Position numbers and translations under genes: made by a program | Shown here: positions 24,172 through 36,775 of the stretch, piece by piece | Layout: every line of letters begins with the position of its first letter | Position numbering within the stretch: the stretch's first letter is position 1 | The notes under the pieces: generated by a model | Database searches by the model: none | What the model saw: only the letters and a program-made list of their open reading frames with translations | Told to the model about the DNA's origin: nothing | From: Phaeosaccion multiseriatum | Taxonomy: Eukaryota; Protista; Ochrophyta, other classes | Direction: 5' to 3' | Assembly: GCA_965112735.1 (NCBI GenBank) | Contig: OZ218960.1 | Span: 1,674,001-1,738,000, forward strand | DNA: 64,000 bases

Positions 24172-25611
24172 CCTCGCTCGGGCGAAATGTGGGACTCGCG
24201 AGACATCGCACTCCACACGTATCGGCATAACTTCGACACTGTGAGTCGCGACAAACACTGCCATTGGACGAAACGCCCCCCGCCCCTCTCCCTCCCTCAG
24301 TCTTCCCTTTCGCCCATCTGCCTGCCCTGCTCTACCCTTCCCTTGTGTCTGCCTGCCTGAATGGCATGGCCCCTCTCGTTCTCTTTTCTTTCTGTTGCTT
24401 CTCCTTGTCAATGTATGTATGTATGTATGGATGCCCTCTTTCTTACCCCCTCTCCACCCCTCCCCTCTCCGCCCCTCCCCACCCCTCCCCTCTCCGCCCC
24501 TCCCCTCCCCTCCCCTCCCCTCCCCTCCCCTCCCCTCTCCTCTACTCCCCTCTCCTCCCCTCCCTTCCTCCCCCATCTCCCCTCTATCTACCCTTTATAA
24601 TCGACCATACCCCAGGCCGAGACAGCTGTGCTGAAGCAGCGCTGGGGTGCCCTCCTCGAGGGCGAGAAGGCCCACAGAGAGGCCCAAGACGAGGTGTTCT
24701 CCACCCTTCTCGCGAGGTATCGTAAGCTTGGGGGGCTTTAAGCCTGACAACCACACGATAGATACCAGTACATGCATGCGTTCCTTTCCTTTGCCCACGC
24801 ACACACAAATGCCCATATGCCCACAATATGCCTCCCTGCCATTTATTCCTACAAGTCAATGGACTTAAGTCAATAAAATCCCCTCCCTGCCTATCGCCCT
24901 CTCCCCAGGGCCGCGGAAGCAACGCAGCAGCTTGGTAGAGACAGGGGCAGGGGAGGGGGAGGGGGAGGGGGAGGAGGATCAGCAGTCGAGATGGACTTTA
25001 CTTCTCCTGTGACGCTCACCAGGGAGAGGCTGAGCTGCCACAAGGTCAGTCAGTCAGTCACTATCAGTCACTATCAGTCACTATCAGTATGCAGTGACTC
25101 AAAAAGATTGTTGCGATACGACCCCCAATTAAGTGCTGTACTTACCAGTCAAGACATTGAGTGATTGATTGGTTGTATGAATGCTTGCTGCTTTCTGTGG
25201 ACACAGGGTGGGGTCCGCTCCATCAGGCCAACGCTTAGTCCACCTCGGTGTCCCCTCCCACCCTCCCCCTCTCCTCTCCTCTCCTCTCCCCTCCCCTCCC
25301 CTCTCCTCTCCTCTCCTCTCCTCTCCCCTCCCCTCTCCTCTCCTCTCCCCCCCCCTCTCCTCTCCCCTCCCCTCCCCTCCGTCTCCCTCTCGCCCCCCCT
25401 TCAGGCTGTGAACCAAGCCGTCATTGACTTATGCGGTCCTTATAGTGACTACAGCCTAAAGTACGTCAGAGGGTTGGCACACTTGTGTGAGCGTGAGCGT
25501 GAGCGTGAGGGTGGAGCTGAGGTAGAGCTCACAGATGGCGATGAGGTGCGAGAGAGGCTGGTGAGAGAGATCGCGGCGGTGTGCTCCACCAGTCGCTTGG
25601 AGATGGAGTGA
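20747..25611 (+). CDS. LGMN: Legumain / asparaginyl endopeptidase (peptidase C13, vacuolar processing enzyme), 14 exons
   Basis: Exons 20747-20905, 21032-21071, 21303-21414, 22094-22155, 22291-22369, 22536-22693, 23004-23154, 23431-23481, 23716-23772, 23880-23956, 24110-24240, 24616-24716, 24909-25044, 25405-25611. Signal peptide, NWAVVVSGS..FANYRHQADVCHAY, catalytic FADHG and LEACESG, CLGDLYS, and the C-terminal prodomain CGPYSDYSLKYV..LAHLCE. Confidence 0.95.
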
Positions 25612-26144
25612 GAGGACCACCCATACTTGATGGCTCAGTGTATCGTGTCAAGTGAATGGGTCAAATGTACCATTGTATATAGACTGTAGAGCGACTGTAG
25701 ATGGACGGAAGGACGAGACACACACACCGCCTCCCTCTGTAGAGCTGTGCGTACTACCAACACGTGTGGCGTGTGGTAGTTGGGCGTAGTTTGTTCCCCC
25801 TCACAGACGTGCCCTCATCTGCGTATCTCGCTCTGCTACGATAGCCCAATAGCATCGTCACAGATGGCGAGAGAAAAAGCCCCCCCCCCTCTCGTCTCCT
25901 TCTCTTGTCTGCGTGTCTCCTCGCTGGCGAGTCCGACGGCGAACATGTCGTAGCTCTTCGAGGCAGCGTTCGTGGCACACTTCGCGGGATGAAATCATTC
26001 CCTCCCCTCTGTGTGTGTGCCTGTGCGTGCCAATCTCTTGGCAGGCTACTGCTGCTTTGCGTATCACCATCTGCTACGCTATTGTTGCTATCTGCTGCCG
26101 CGGCTGCTGCTTCTGCTTCTGCCCCAAATAGGCTTTCCTCCACC

Positions 26145-27056
26145 TCATCTGCCGCTCTTCCGCCTGTCGTCGTCTCCCTTCTCCCTTCTGCTGTCTCCCT
26201 CCCCCCGATGCTCTTCCCTCCTATGATGTCCCTTGTCCCTTCCCCTCTCCTGGGGCTCGTCTCTCCTGCTACTCCTGCTCCTGCTCCTGCTGCTGCTGGT
26301 GGTGCTGCTCCGCCTCCTCTGCTCCCTGCTTCGGCTTCGCCTTCTGTCCCGCCCCTCTTCCCGCTTCCCACCTCTCCTCTCAGCCCCTTCGTCGCTGCTG
26401 CTGCCGCTACCACCCCCGCTGCCACTGCTTTCACCTCCCCCCTCCTCCCGCTGTCTCTTCTTACTGCTCTTCTCCTCCTCCTTCCCCTTCCGCTCCTTCT
26501 TCCGCTCCTTCTTTTCCTTCTTTTCCTTCTTGCGCTCCTTCTTCTCCTTTTTACTTCTCTTTCTCTCCCTGTCCCTCTCCTTGTCGTCTCTCTTGCTTCC
26601 ACTCTTTTTGCTCCCATCCTCCTTTCTGCTCCGCTTCTTCCTCCTCCCCCTCTCTTCATCACTGCTCCCTCCACCCCTCCCACCGCCTCGCCCATCCTCC
26701 TCCTCACTGTCACTGTGTCCAAGCATGAGATTAATCATGTGCCCCCCGAGCCGCATGTCTTTGATCTTCTTCGCCTGCCCTTTACTAAGTTTGTTGCCCT
26801 TCTTCTCCGCTCGGGCCCTCTCCTTCTCCTGCGCGTTTTTGTACTTGCTCTGCGCCTTCGCCTCCGCCTCTCTGGCCATCTCCTCCTTGACCTTGACGAG
26901 CTGTCTAGCCACTGTATTGTCGTACATCCGCTTCATCAGGTCATTCGTATCCCCCAGCTTTGCCTTGAGGTCCTTCTCACGCTTTCCGTGGTCCTGCAGC
27001 TTGTGGCGTTTGCATTGCCCCACGTAGCACTGAGGACAGCTCTGCGTGCCGGCCAT
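26145..27056 (-). CDS. Uncharacterised Lys/Arg/Ser-rich basic protein with an N-terminal CxxCxxxxCxxH motif, 303 aa, single exon
   Basis: ORF MAGTQSCPQCYVGQCKRH..., a coiled-coil-like middle, and a KE/RS-rich tail typical of nuclear RNA-processing proteins (inference). Head-to-head with the transporter gene. Confidence 0.7.
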   Translation of the reverse strand: MAGTQSCPQCYVGQCKRHKLQDHGKREKDLKAKLGDTNDLMKRMYDNTVARQLVKVKEEMAREAEAKAQSKYKNAQEKERARAEKKGNKLSKGQAKKIKDMRLGGHMINLMLGHSDSEEEDGRGGGRGGGSSDEERGRRKKRSRKEDGSKKSGSKRDDKERDRERKRSKKEKKERKKEKKEKKERKKERKGKEEEKSSKKRQREEGGGESSGSGGGSGSSSDEGAERRGGKREEGRDRRRSRSREQRRRSSTTSSSRSRSRSSRRDEPQERGRDKGHHRREEHRGEGDSRREKGDDDRRKSGR

Positions 27057-27388
27057 CCTCGGTCTAGTTGCTTATCTTCTTCTTACTGAATACTGCTGCT
27101 GCTCCTGCTGCTGCTGGATCGCTGTGGCTTTCTTCTATTTGTATTTATCCTCGCTCTCAACGATCGATTGCCTAAAAGTATTCGATTGCGACGAGGTATT
27201 TTGTCGATCGAAGAATGGAAGGGGGAGCAGCAGGACAAGAGAAGGGCGCAGCAATAGAAGCAGCAGTGTAGTGAAATAGTAGTAGCAGCAGCAGCAGCGG
27301 CGGCGGCGGCGGCAGAGCACCAATCAAGACGGAAGGATGAACTGAGGAAATTAGAAGAAGGGGGGCGAGGATTGAAGGGTCGGCGCGG

Positions 27389-27766
27389 ATGATTCCTAAG
27401 GCGTCCTCCAGGGCCTCGATTGTCGATTCCGTCTCCCCAAGAGGGCCGGGCAGAGAAGAGGGAGCAAGCGGCGCGGTAGCGATGGTGACTTTTAGCGACA
27501 ATGTGAACGTCGTGCACCTTGGCCCAAGTGATGGTGAAGGTGGTCGCAGCAGCGGTGGCTTTGACGGTGTGAGCACGGCAGGCAGTGTGAGCGAGGACGA
27601 TCCAGACAAGAGCGAAAGGGAGTACGCGGAGGGCAAGGGGTCCAGGATTGGAGCTGTGGCCAATATCACTAATACAATCGTCGGCGCTGGCATCGTGGGA
27701 CTACCCTTCGCGCTAAGCGAGGTGAGAGCACAAGCGCCAGAGACGCCCACGAAATGAATGTTGCCA

Positions 27767-27801
<35 letters not shown>

Positions 27802-29527
27802 CAGGGAGAGAGAGGGGGGGGGGGCAGGAAGGGGTGGAGGGAGAGAGAGGGGTAGAGAGAGGGATAGAGGCAGTCAGGGGGGGAGGGAGAGCGTGCACGC
27901 TGCAGCAGCCGCAGAGGTGGTAGGACCCATTGTGGTTGCACAAATATCCCCCCCCCTTTTCAGTATGTATGTATCTACACAGTCCGCATCGTCCAATCAG
28001 CGATCACTCAATCAGTCAGTCAGTTACTCAGTCACCCCACTCACACTCAACCAACCAATCAACCAACCAGCCAAGTCTCACTCACTCACTCACTCACTCA
28101 CTCACTCACTGACTGAACTCCTCCGCACCTATGCACCCCATCCTCCTCCTCCCCTTCCTCCTTCACCATCCCCAGACGGGCCTGGTAGCGGGTGTGATTC
28201 TGGTGTGTATAGCGGCCCTAATGGGTCGCAAGGCCCACATCATGCTCATCGACTGCGGGGAGCTCACGGGCCTCCTCAACTATGAGGTGAGTAGTAAGTC
28301 AGTGGGTGGGTGGTACAGAAGTCAATGGGTGGGTGGGTTGTTGTTCCACTTAAATAATGACTTTTGATTAGCAACGGGACTCACATCAACCACCTGCATG
28401 CACGCACGTGCAGCCAGCAGCAGCAGCAGCGTCACCCGCCTACTCTCTCTCTCCCCCCCGCTCCTCTCCCTCTCCCTCTCTCTCTTCTCTCTCCTTCTTC
28501 CTCCTCTTCTTCTCTGCCAATCCCACCCACCCGCCACTGCTTTCTCATTCTTTTTATTGAAGAAGTGACGTAGGAAGCGTGGCAAAGCCATCACTGTCCG
28601 CACGGCACTCCTTCTTTTGTGTTTCAGTGTCTAGGCTACCCACCCACCCCTCCGTCTGTCTCTACTCTCTCCCCCAATCAATGATATCGCTCACTCACTC
28701 ACTTACTCACTCACTTACTCACTCACTCACTCATTCACGCACTCATTCACGCACTCCCTCCCTCACTCACTCACTCACTCACTCGCTCACTCACTTACTC
28801 ACTCACTCACTACTGACTCACTCAGTCACTTAGTCACTCACTCACTCACTTGCTCACTCACCCACTCACTCACTCACTCACTCACTCACTCAGTCACTCT
28901 CCCACTCACTCACTCACTCACTCACTCACTCACTCACTCACTCACTCACGCACTCACTCACTCACGCACGCACTCACTCACTCACGCACTCACTCACTCA
29001 CTCCGTCAGTCACTTGGTCACTCACTCACTCACTCACTCACTCACTCCGTCAGTCACTTAGTCACTCATTCACGCACTCACTCACTCACTCACTCACTCC
29101 GTCAGTCATGCCTCCCCACCCCCTACAGGAGCTAATGCAGAAGGTTTTCGGAGCCGCGGGCTTCGTCGGCTTCTGTACCATGACCGGCATCTTTGCCTTC
29201 GGGGCCATGTGCGCCTACCTCATCATCATTGGAGACACCATCCCCTTGATTGCAGAGCATACAAACGGGGGGGATCATGCCGTCTTTACGGACAGGGAGG
29301 CTGTGGTCACCATCTTTGCGTTCTTTGCGATTCTGCCATTGGTGAGTGGATGTTTGGGGTGTGAGGAAGGGGGTGGTGGGGTGGGGGGGGGGGTGTTTGT
29401 GTGTGGGAGAGTGAGAGAGAGATGCACACAAACACAAAAGCACACAGAGAGAGGAGGAGAGAGAGAGAGGGGGGGAGAGAGAGAGTGGAGAGAGAGTGGA
29501 GAGAGAGTGGAGAGAGAGACAGAGTGG

Positions 29528-29558
<31 letters not shown>

Positions 29559-32500
29559 CAGAGAGAGAAGGCAAGGTCCTCACAGAGTGGAGAGAGAGAA
29601 GGCAATGTCCTCACAGAGTGGAGAGAAGGGAGAAGCGGCAAGGTCCTCACAGAGTGGAGAGAGAGAAGGCAAGGTCCTCACAGAGTGGAGAGAAGGGAGA
29701 AGCGGCAAGGTCCTGACTCCCTTTGTCGTTCTCCTCCTTTGTCCTCTGTCCTGAAACCCCCCAGTGCCTTGTGAGGGACTTGCACCACCTGTCCTGGTCG
29801 AGCATCATCAGCGTACTCGCCGACCTCCTCCTCATCTTCATCGTGTTGGGCATCGGACCCAATGTGGTCAAGCAGGTGGGTGAACATCGGTGTATCAGGT
29901 TTTAATCTATTTCAAGTCAACCTGCATGGAAGTGAAACTGATACTGCATTTGCTCTGCCAACTGATGAGACTAAACTGAAACTGCACATGCATGTGGTTC
30001 GTAGGACTACCCGGGCACGACGGTTTCAGACGCGCTGACGGGCGTCAGGCCCTCTCTCTTCGCCGGTGAGTATGGGGTCGAGGCGAGGCGAAGGCCGTAG
30101 CTTAGCTCTCTTGGTGTATTGGACTGGTTGGGAGAGGGAGGGAGGATGAGGGGATGGCAGCGGATGGAAGGGAGGGAGGGAGCGAGGGAGGGAGGGAACG
30201 CATGGAGGAAGGGACGTTGGTTTATTAGGTGGTCAGTTGGTTGGTTGGCTGACTGCCTGACCTACTGGCTAACCCGACTACGTCACTCACACACTCAGTC
30301 ACACACTCACTCCCTCACTCACTCCTTCACTCACTCACTCCTTCACTCACTCACCAACCCACCCACCCACCCACCCACTCATCCACTCTCTGACTGACTG
30401 AATCATTGACTGAGCGACTAACCACAAGACCCTCCTTTCCTGCATGGATACACACAACACACACGTGGTGCTGCTCATACACATACGTGTGTGTCTCAAA
30501 CACTCAAATGGCTTTTCTCAGGTTTGGGCGCCATCAGTTTCGCCTTTGTGAGTCAATCGAGCGCCTTTCTCCTCTACAGGAGGTACGAGCGACTTGGGAG
30601 AGGGGAGGGAGGAACCACGCAGACCACATGTGTACTGCTTGATACATGCTTGACCACTGCTTAACAGTTATTAGACAACTGCGTTACCGTTGCTTGACAT
30701 TCATGCGATTTGGAGAAGAGTGGTCATTCATGCCACCGTGAAAGCCAAGCACCGAATTGGCCTCTCCAGGCACACGTGACAATACATGTGGACTCCTTCC
30801 CTCCCTCCCACGCACTCATCCGCTCCCTTACCTACCTACCTCCCTCCCTCCCCCCCTCCCTCCTTCCATCCCTCCCTCCCTCCCTCCCTCCCTCCCTCCC
30901 TCCCTCCCTCTCTCCCTCTCTCCCTCCCTCCCCCCCTCCCTCGCTTCCTCCCTCCCTCGCTCCCTCCCTCCTTCCCTCCCTCCCTCTCTCCCTCCCTCCC
31001 TCCCTCTCTCCCTCTCTCTCTCTCCCTCCCTCCCTCTCTCCCTCTCTCTCTCTCCCTCCCTCCCTCTCTCCCTCTCTCCCTCCCTCTCTCCCTCCCTCGC
31101 TTCCTCCCTCCCTCCCTCCCTCCTTCCCTCCCTCCCTCCTTCCCTCCCTCCCTCCTTCCCTCCCTCCCTCCCTCCCTCCCTCCCTCCCTCTCTCCCTCCC
31201 TCCCTCCGCAGCATGAAGAAGCGGAGTGTATCCGTCTGGCGGGAGGTGATCAGCAGCGCCCTCGGCCTTGCCTTCGTCATGGGAATACTCCTCGGTGTGG
31301 GGGGTTATCTTCTCTTCGCGGGTGATACACAGGGAGACATTCTCAACAATCTTCCCGTGACCAATGTGTCGGCGAACGCTGCGAGGGGCTTCCTGGCGGT
31401 TACTATGGTGCTTACCTATCCGCTGGAGATGTATGGTGAGGGCAGAGGAGAGGGGGAGGGGAGCGCGGGGGGGGAGGGGAGGGGAGGGAGGGAGGGAGTG
31501 TGTGCTGGGAGTTCTCGACTTATGGAATGGTCCCTCTTCCCCCCCGTCCCCATCCTCAACTCTCCCCCTCCCCCTCCCCCCCCCCCTTTCCCTTCCCCTC
31601 CCCCTCCGCCTCCCCCTCCCCTCCCCCCCCCCCCTTCTCCTCCTCTTCCCTCCCTCCCCCTCCTACCCCTCCTCCTACCGAACAGTCGCACGCCACATGC
31701 TCGATGCAATGCTCTGCACTCGTCTGATGGGCTGGGGCCCTACTTCGCTGGCCAGGCACATAGTATGGACCTTCCTCATATGGTTTGGAACTTTGATCGT
31801 GGCCATCTCGACCGATGACTTGGGCTTTGTACTGGAGATCTTTGGGGCATTTGCGGGCTCCACGCTGGGATATATATTCCCTTCCGTGCTATATCTGCAG
31901 GTGAGGAGGGAGGGAGGGAGGAGGGGAGGGGGAGACGACGGTGAGGGAGAAGCCCGTACCCCTCCACCCTACATAGAGGGAAGGAGAAGCGGAGAGGAAG
32001 ACGACGGCGAGGGAGAAGCCTGTACACCTCCACCCCTGCACATATACATGTATGATTTTCCCTGTCTATACTCCTCTGATCTGTCTTCTCTTCCTCCCGT
32101 CTGTCCGTCACCTTCCTTCGCCTTCCATCGCACTCCCCTCGTCAGGTGCATCGCCGCTCGGTGGAGGTCTCTCTCCTGGCGTGGAATAAGGGCAGCATGT
32201 AAGTCAGTCAGTCAGTCAGTCAGTCAGTCATTCATTCAGTCACTCAGTCACTCAATCACTCAGTCAGTCAGTCAGTCAGTCAGTCAGACACTCAGTCACT
32301 CAGTGAGTCAGACACTCAGTCACTCAGTCGCTCAGTCATTCATTCAGTCACTCAATCACTCAGTCAGTCAGTCAGTCAGTCAGTCAGTCAGACACTCAGT
32401 CACTCAGTGAGTCAGACACTCAGTCACTCAGTCGCTCAGTCATTCATTCAGTCACTCAATCACTCAGTCAGTCAGTCAGTCAGTCAGTCAGACACTCAGT

Positions 32501-32930
32501 CACTCAGTAAGTCAAGAAAAGGAGTGGGAGTAGTCAAGCCCCCCTCCTTCCCTCACTGCTGCAACTCTGACCCTGACCCCCGAGCACCACCTTGCCGCCT
32601 TGCCCTGCCTTGCCTTGTCTTGCTACTATTGCCTTTGCGTCTCTCCCTCCCTTCCTATCTCCCTCTCGCCCATTTGCCCCTCTCGCCTCTTTCCATTTGA
32701 CTCTCCCCATATTCCTGCCTCTACCCCTGCCCATACGCCTGCCCCTACCCCTGCCCCATGCAATGGCTGTGCCCACCCCCCCCCCTACTCTTTCCCCCAG
32801 CGAATACAAGCCCTCCCTGTGGGGCCGTACCAAGGCCCTCCGCCGCTGGTACCCCGCCATGGCCATGCTCTCATTCGGTATCGTGGCGATGGTAGCGGGC
32901 ACCGTCACCACCCTCGTGCAAAACGTGTGA
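27389..32930 (+). CDS. Amino-acid transporter, AAAP/SLC38 (Aa_trans) family, SLC38A11-like, 10 exons
   Basis: Exons 27389-27721, 28176-28286, 29129-29341, 29765-29875, 30005-30065, 30522-30582, 31212-31435, 31686-31900, 32146-32198, 32801-32930. Motifs NITNTIVGAGIVGLPFA, GAMCAYLIIIGDT, GAISFAFV, TQGDILNN, TYPLE; multiple TM helices. Confidence 0.92.
29566..29715. repeat. ~30-bp intronic minisatellite (GGCAAGGTCCTCACAGAGTGGAGAGA...), about 4.5 copies
   Basis: Directly visible tandem copies in intron 3 of the transporter gene. Confidence 0.85.
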
Positions 32931-33637
32931 TGTGGCCGTGTTGGTGATTGTTGGTGATCTTATCTCTGGGATATATCTGCCATCTGTTGTGAGTGGTGAT
33001 CTATATCTGCCATCTGTGTCAGTTTGCCCTGCCGGCCCACATACTTCAAACATGATACATACGACCATCAATTACGAAAGGGACTTTTGTCTCAAGAGAG
33101 CCGATGAAAAGCACGGATACACGCGTGAGTGTAGCACATGTAGAGATAGATACACATCTAAGGACTATGGGTATACAGTAGTATACAGTAGACATAAAGC
33201 GATGGAATCGTATCATGTTACGGTTACGATCTTGTTGCGCCTTACTCTATCACTTACTGTAACGAGTTCAATACTTTAAAAAAAAATAAAAAAAACTTAC
33301 GTACTCTCCCGTACTGTATCACCGACAGGACCAAGTGGCCCTACTTGAGCGGTGCGTGGTCCTTCCAGAAGCGGTGGCTCTGCATGTGCGTTCTCTTTCC
33401 CCTGACTAACCAACAAACAGACAACTGAACCATTTAATACTTTGCCCTCCCTGATTACTACCAGGACTAGCTGTTACTCTGTCTGAGCCGTGCGTGGTAG
33501 CTCTCTCTACCTCTCCTTGACTGACTAACACACTTACAAGCAGACCACGTTCAACATGCAAAACTGCTCAGCTCTCCCTGAGAGCCATGCGTGGTCCTTC
33601 ACTTCGCTCTTCCTGACCAACTGAACAACCAACTCCT

Positions 33638-35893
33638 TTACTTGAGCGGTGCGTGGTCCTTCCAGAAGTTGTAGCTTTCCATGTACTTTGTCTTGTCCAG
33701 CGGCACCCCTGAGCCCCCCTCTTCCGCCCCCAGTGCATTGCGCATCATCGTGATGGGCTGCATGGGGATCTCATGGTCCACATCCTTAGGGGGGTGGTTG
33801 GGTGGGATGGCAGTGGATGGAGGGGAGGGGATGGCAGTGGATGGAGGTGAGGGGATGGCAGTGTGTGGAGGGGAGTGCATTGCGCATCGACGTGATGGGC
33901 TGCATGGGCATCTCATGGTCCACATCCTTAGAGGGGTGGGTGGGTGGGATGGCAGTGGATGGACGGGAGGGGATGGCAGTGGATGGAGGTGAGGGGCATG
34001 GCAGTGGATGGTGGTGCGGGTAGGGCTGTGAGGGAGGATGGCAGGGGACTACCACCGCCACTGACCTGAGCCTTGACTGAGATAATTCCCCAGGGGGCAG
34101 TGGCCGTCATGCTGTCGTTACTCCCTTCTTCGGCTCCCTTGGCAGCATTCTCCATGCGAATTTGTTCCCTGTTTGAGTTGATAGAATTCGATTTGGAATT
34201 TACAGCAATGATGTGTCATGTTGTCAGGGGGGAGAAATGAGGTGAAACAAAAATGGGGGGAGTTGTCAGTTTGCAGTTTTCAGTTCATGTGACCTTCGTA
34301 TCGAAAACACCAAAAATGGACTTGATACTGATCAGGTCAAATAAACTGAACACTGCAAACTGAACACCACAATGGGATGGATATCGAAGCTTGAAGTTGT
34401 CGGCAAAGTAGGGTCGTCATCCACTGCCATCCCATCAACTGCAAACTGATACTGAATCAAGGTACCAACGGCCGATATCGATATAGAAATCGAATGCTTA
34501 CCGCGAGTAAAGGATAATGTCGAGGAACTTCGCCTCGGGAGCGTCGAAAGTGTCACGCGGGAACCACTGAGAGAGCACGGGCAGCTCCTGAGCAGGGGGA
34601 GGGGAGGAGGTGGGGGAGGAGAGGAGGGAGGTGGGGGAGGAGAGGAGGGAAGGGAGGAGGATGTGATAAAAGACAAGAATTCGGTTTCAAGAGCTGTACT
34701 CAGCGGAAGCATGCACGCACGCCCATACGCACCTCCGCTGTGCGCGCCTCATAGCCCGAGCGCAGTAAGTGTCTGTTGTCAGGAGTGATCTCCACCTGGC
34801 CGACGGCAGCGGACAGGGCAGAAGGCAGGAAGGAAGGAAGGAAGGAAGGAAGGGAGGAGGGCAGGCAGGCGGGCAGGAAGGAAAAGGAGAAGAAAAAGGA
34901 AAAGGAAAAGGAAGGAAGTTTGTGAGTCAATCAGTAAGGCTTCCTCCTTCCCTCTCTCTCCTCCCTCCCCTGCCTCCCCTGCCTCCCTCCCTCCCTCCCT
35001 CCCTCCCTCCCTCCCACTTGCCATGCTCGTCTTGACTCCGGCGAAGTTAGGCATAAAGATGTGCTTACAAAACGGAGCGTAACCGTCCACGAGAGGCGCC
35101 CCTTCCTTGTGCGCCTTGTTGACAGCATCTTGGAAGGCTTTTGGGTCGTACTGCACTTGTGTGCCCGTGTAGTTTGGGTCATCGAACTGGCGCATAGCAA
35201 AGGCATCTAGGCAGACAGGTAGCACAGATACACAGGGAGGGGGCGCGGGGGGGTGGCAGTGGATAGAGGGTGAGCAGAGAGCAAAGGAGAGAGGGCGAGC
35301 AGAGAGAAGAGGGAAGAGGGTGAGTAGCTAGAGAGTAGGAGACGGAGCAGCGGGAAGAAAAGAGGATGGGAGGGACCAAATAAAGAACAGTAGTAGTAGA
35401 CATGTGGAATGAGCAAGGTCTGACTCCGACACTCGGGTAGGGGGTGTACTTACTGCAAAGACATCTTTCCAAAGGCTTCTGTGAGAGTTTTGAGACGATA
35501 GCCTCCACTACCCTGGGCCCCTCCTACCCCCCCCCCTCCTCCCTCCATCCATCCATGTAGAGTCAATAGACAGCCTAACTAAAGGTCCAGTGCTTCATAG
35601 TGCTGATATGATAGGGACCGGGCCCTAGGTAGCCTTTCGAGCTGTATCATATTACTTTCCTCCCCAGCAATCAATCACACTTCCTCCTTTGGCCGCAGGA
35701 CCAGACACGACCTCTCTCCCAACTAGCGCACTGGCGACCGACTCTAGCCACTGCCACCACCGACTCACCCATTACCATCACGGGCTCCTCTTGCTCGGCG
35801 CCGACTGATCCTGCTGCGGCCATTGCTGCCATATTTCTGCGCGGGATACTTGCAAGAGGGGCAGAGCTGGCGAGAGGGCTAGTGCAGACTCTC

Positions 35894-35931
<38 letters not shown>

Positions 35932-36163
35932 TCCTCCTGATGCTACCGAAGACAGAGATAGGAGCGCCTGAGGGGGTGCTGCAATGAACGCTGTGGCTGC
36001 TGGGGCGAGGAGAGGGATACAGGCACAGAAGGGAGGAGCAAGAGGGACAGAGAAGGAACAGCGTGGTGATGCTTTCCAAGTCCCAATGACTCCACACACA
36101 CATACACACACCCCTACCTGTTGCAAATCCTCTTAGCAGCGTCACGGCCAGAAGCTGTCGCAT
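33638..36163 (-). CDS. DUF3228-family (flagella-associated-type) protein with an N-terminal presequence, 286 aa, 7 exons, one GC-AG intron
   Basis: Exons 36163-36118, 35999-35769, 35206-35022, 34795-34733, 34587-34502, 34168-34066, 33784-33638 (861 nt). Motifs FAMRQFDD, LVDGYAPFCKHIF.PNF, LLRSGYEART.EELPVLSRWF, LDIILYSREQI, WGIISVKAQ, PMQPITMMRNALG.EEGGSGVPLD. Confidence 0.88.
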
Positions 36164-36269
36164 GAGGTAAGAGGAGAGAGGAGAGGAGAGACGATGGAGG
36201 GGGATTGCTCGGTGCTGCCAACTGTGATCACCGTATAACCAAAGAGTGAGGGGCAATTGGCGGAAGGCT

Positions 36270-36775
36270 GGCCTGCTTCCTGCTTCTGGGCTGGCCTCTC
36301 TCAGAAGCATGTCAGGGGCCGACCTGTAATCAGATAATCTTGTCCAGGGTCGACTCCCTCCCTCCCTCCCTCCCTCCCTCCCTCCCTCCCTCCCTCCCTC
36401 CCTCCCTCCCTCCCTCCCTCCCTCCCTCCCTCCCTCCCTCCCTCCCTCCCTCCCTCCCTCCCTCCCTCCCTCCCTCCCTCCCTCCCTCCCTCCCTCCCTC
36501 CCTCCCTCCCTCCCTCCCTCCCTCCCTCCCTCCCTCCCTCCCTCCCTCCCTCCCTCCCTCCCTCTCTCCCTCCCCCTCTCCCTCCCTCCCTCCCTCCCTC
36601 CCTCCCTCCCTCCCTCCCTCCCTTGCTTCCTGCTTCTGGCCGGCGCCAGAGGGCCTGCTTCCTGCTTCTGGCCGGCGCCAGCCGGCCTGCTTCCTGCTTC
36701 TGGGCTGGCCTCTCTCAGAAGCATGTCAGGGGCCGACGCTATCGAGAATGTGGGCGATAGTGTATCAGGGGTTGA
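36270..36775. mobile_element. Composite of MITE-family ends: two identical 54-bp direct repeats around a (CCCT)n tract, followed by a second element end
   Basis: 36270-36323 = 36684-36737, each ending CATGTCAGGGGCCGAC. 36741-36775 is a near-identical reverse complement of 53634-53667. (CCCT)n spans ~36355-36620. Confidence 0.6.

Noticed and set aside
25754-27089. Overlapping 322-aa, 394-aa and 264-aa ORFs
   Set aside because: Alternative and antisense frames of the purine-rich 26145-27056 gene.
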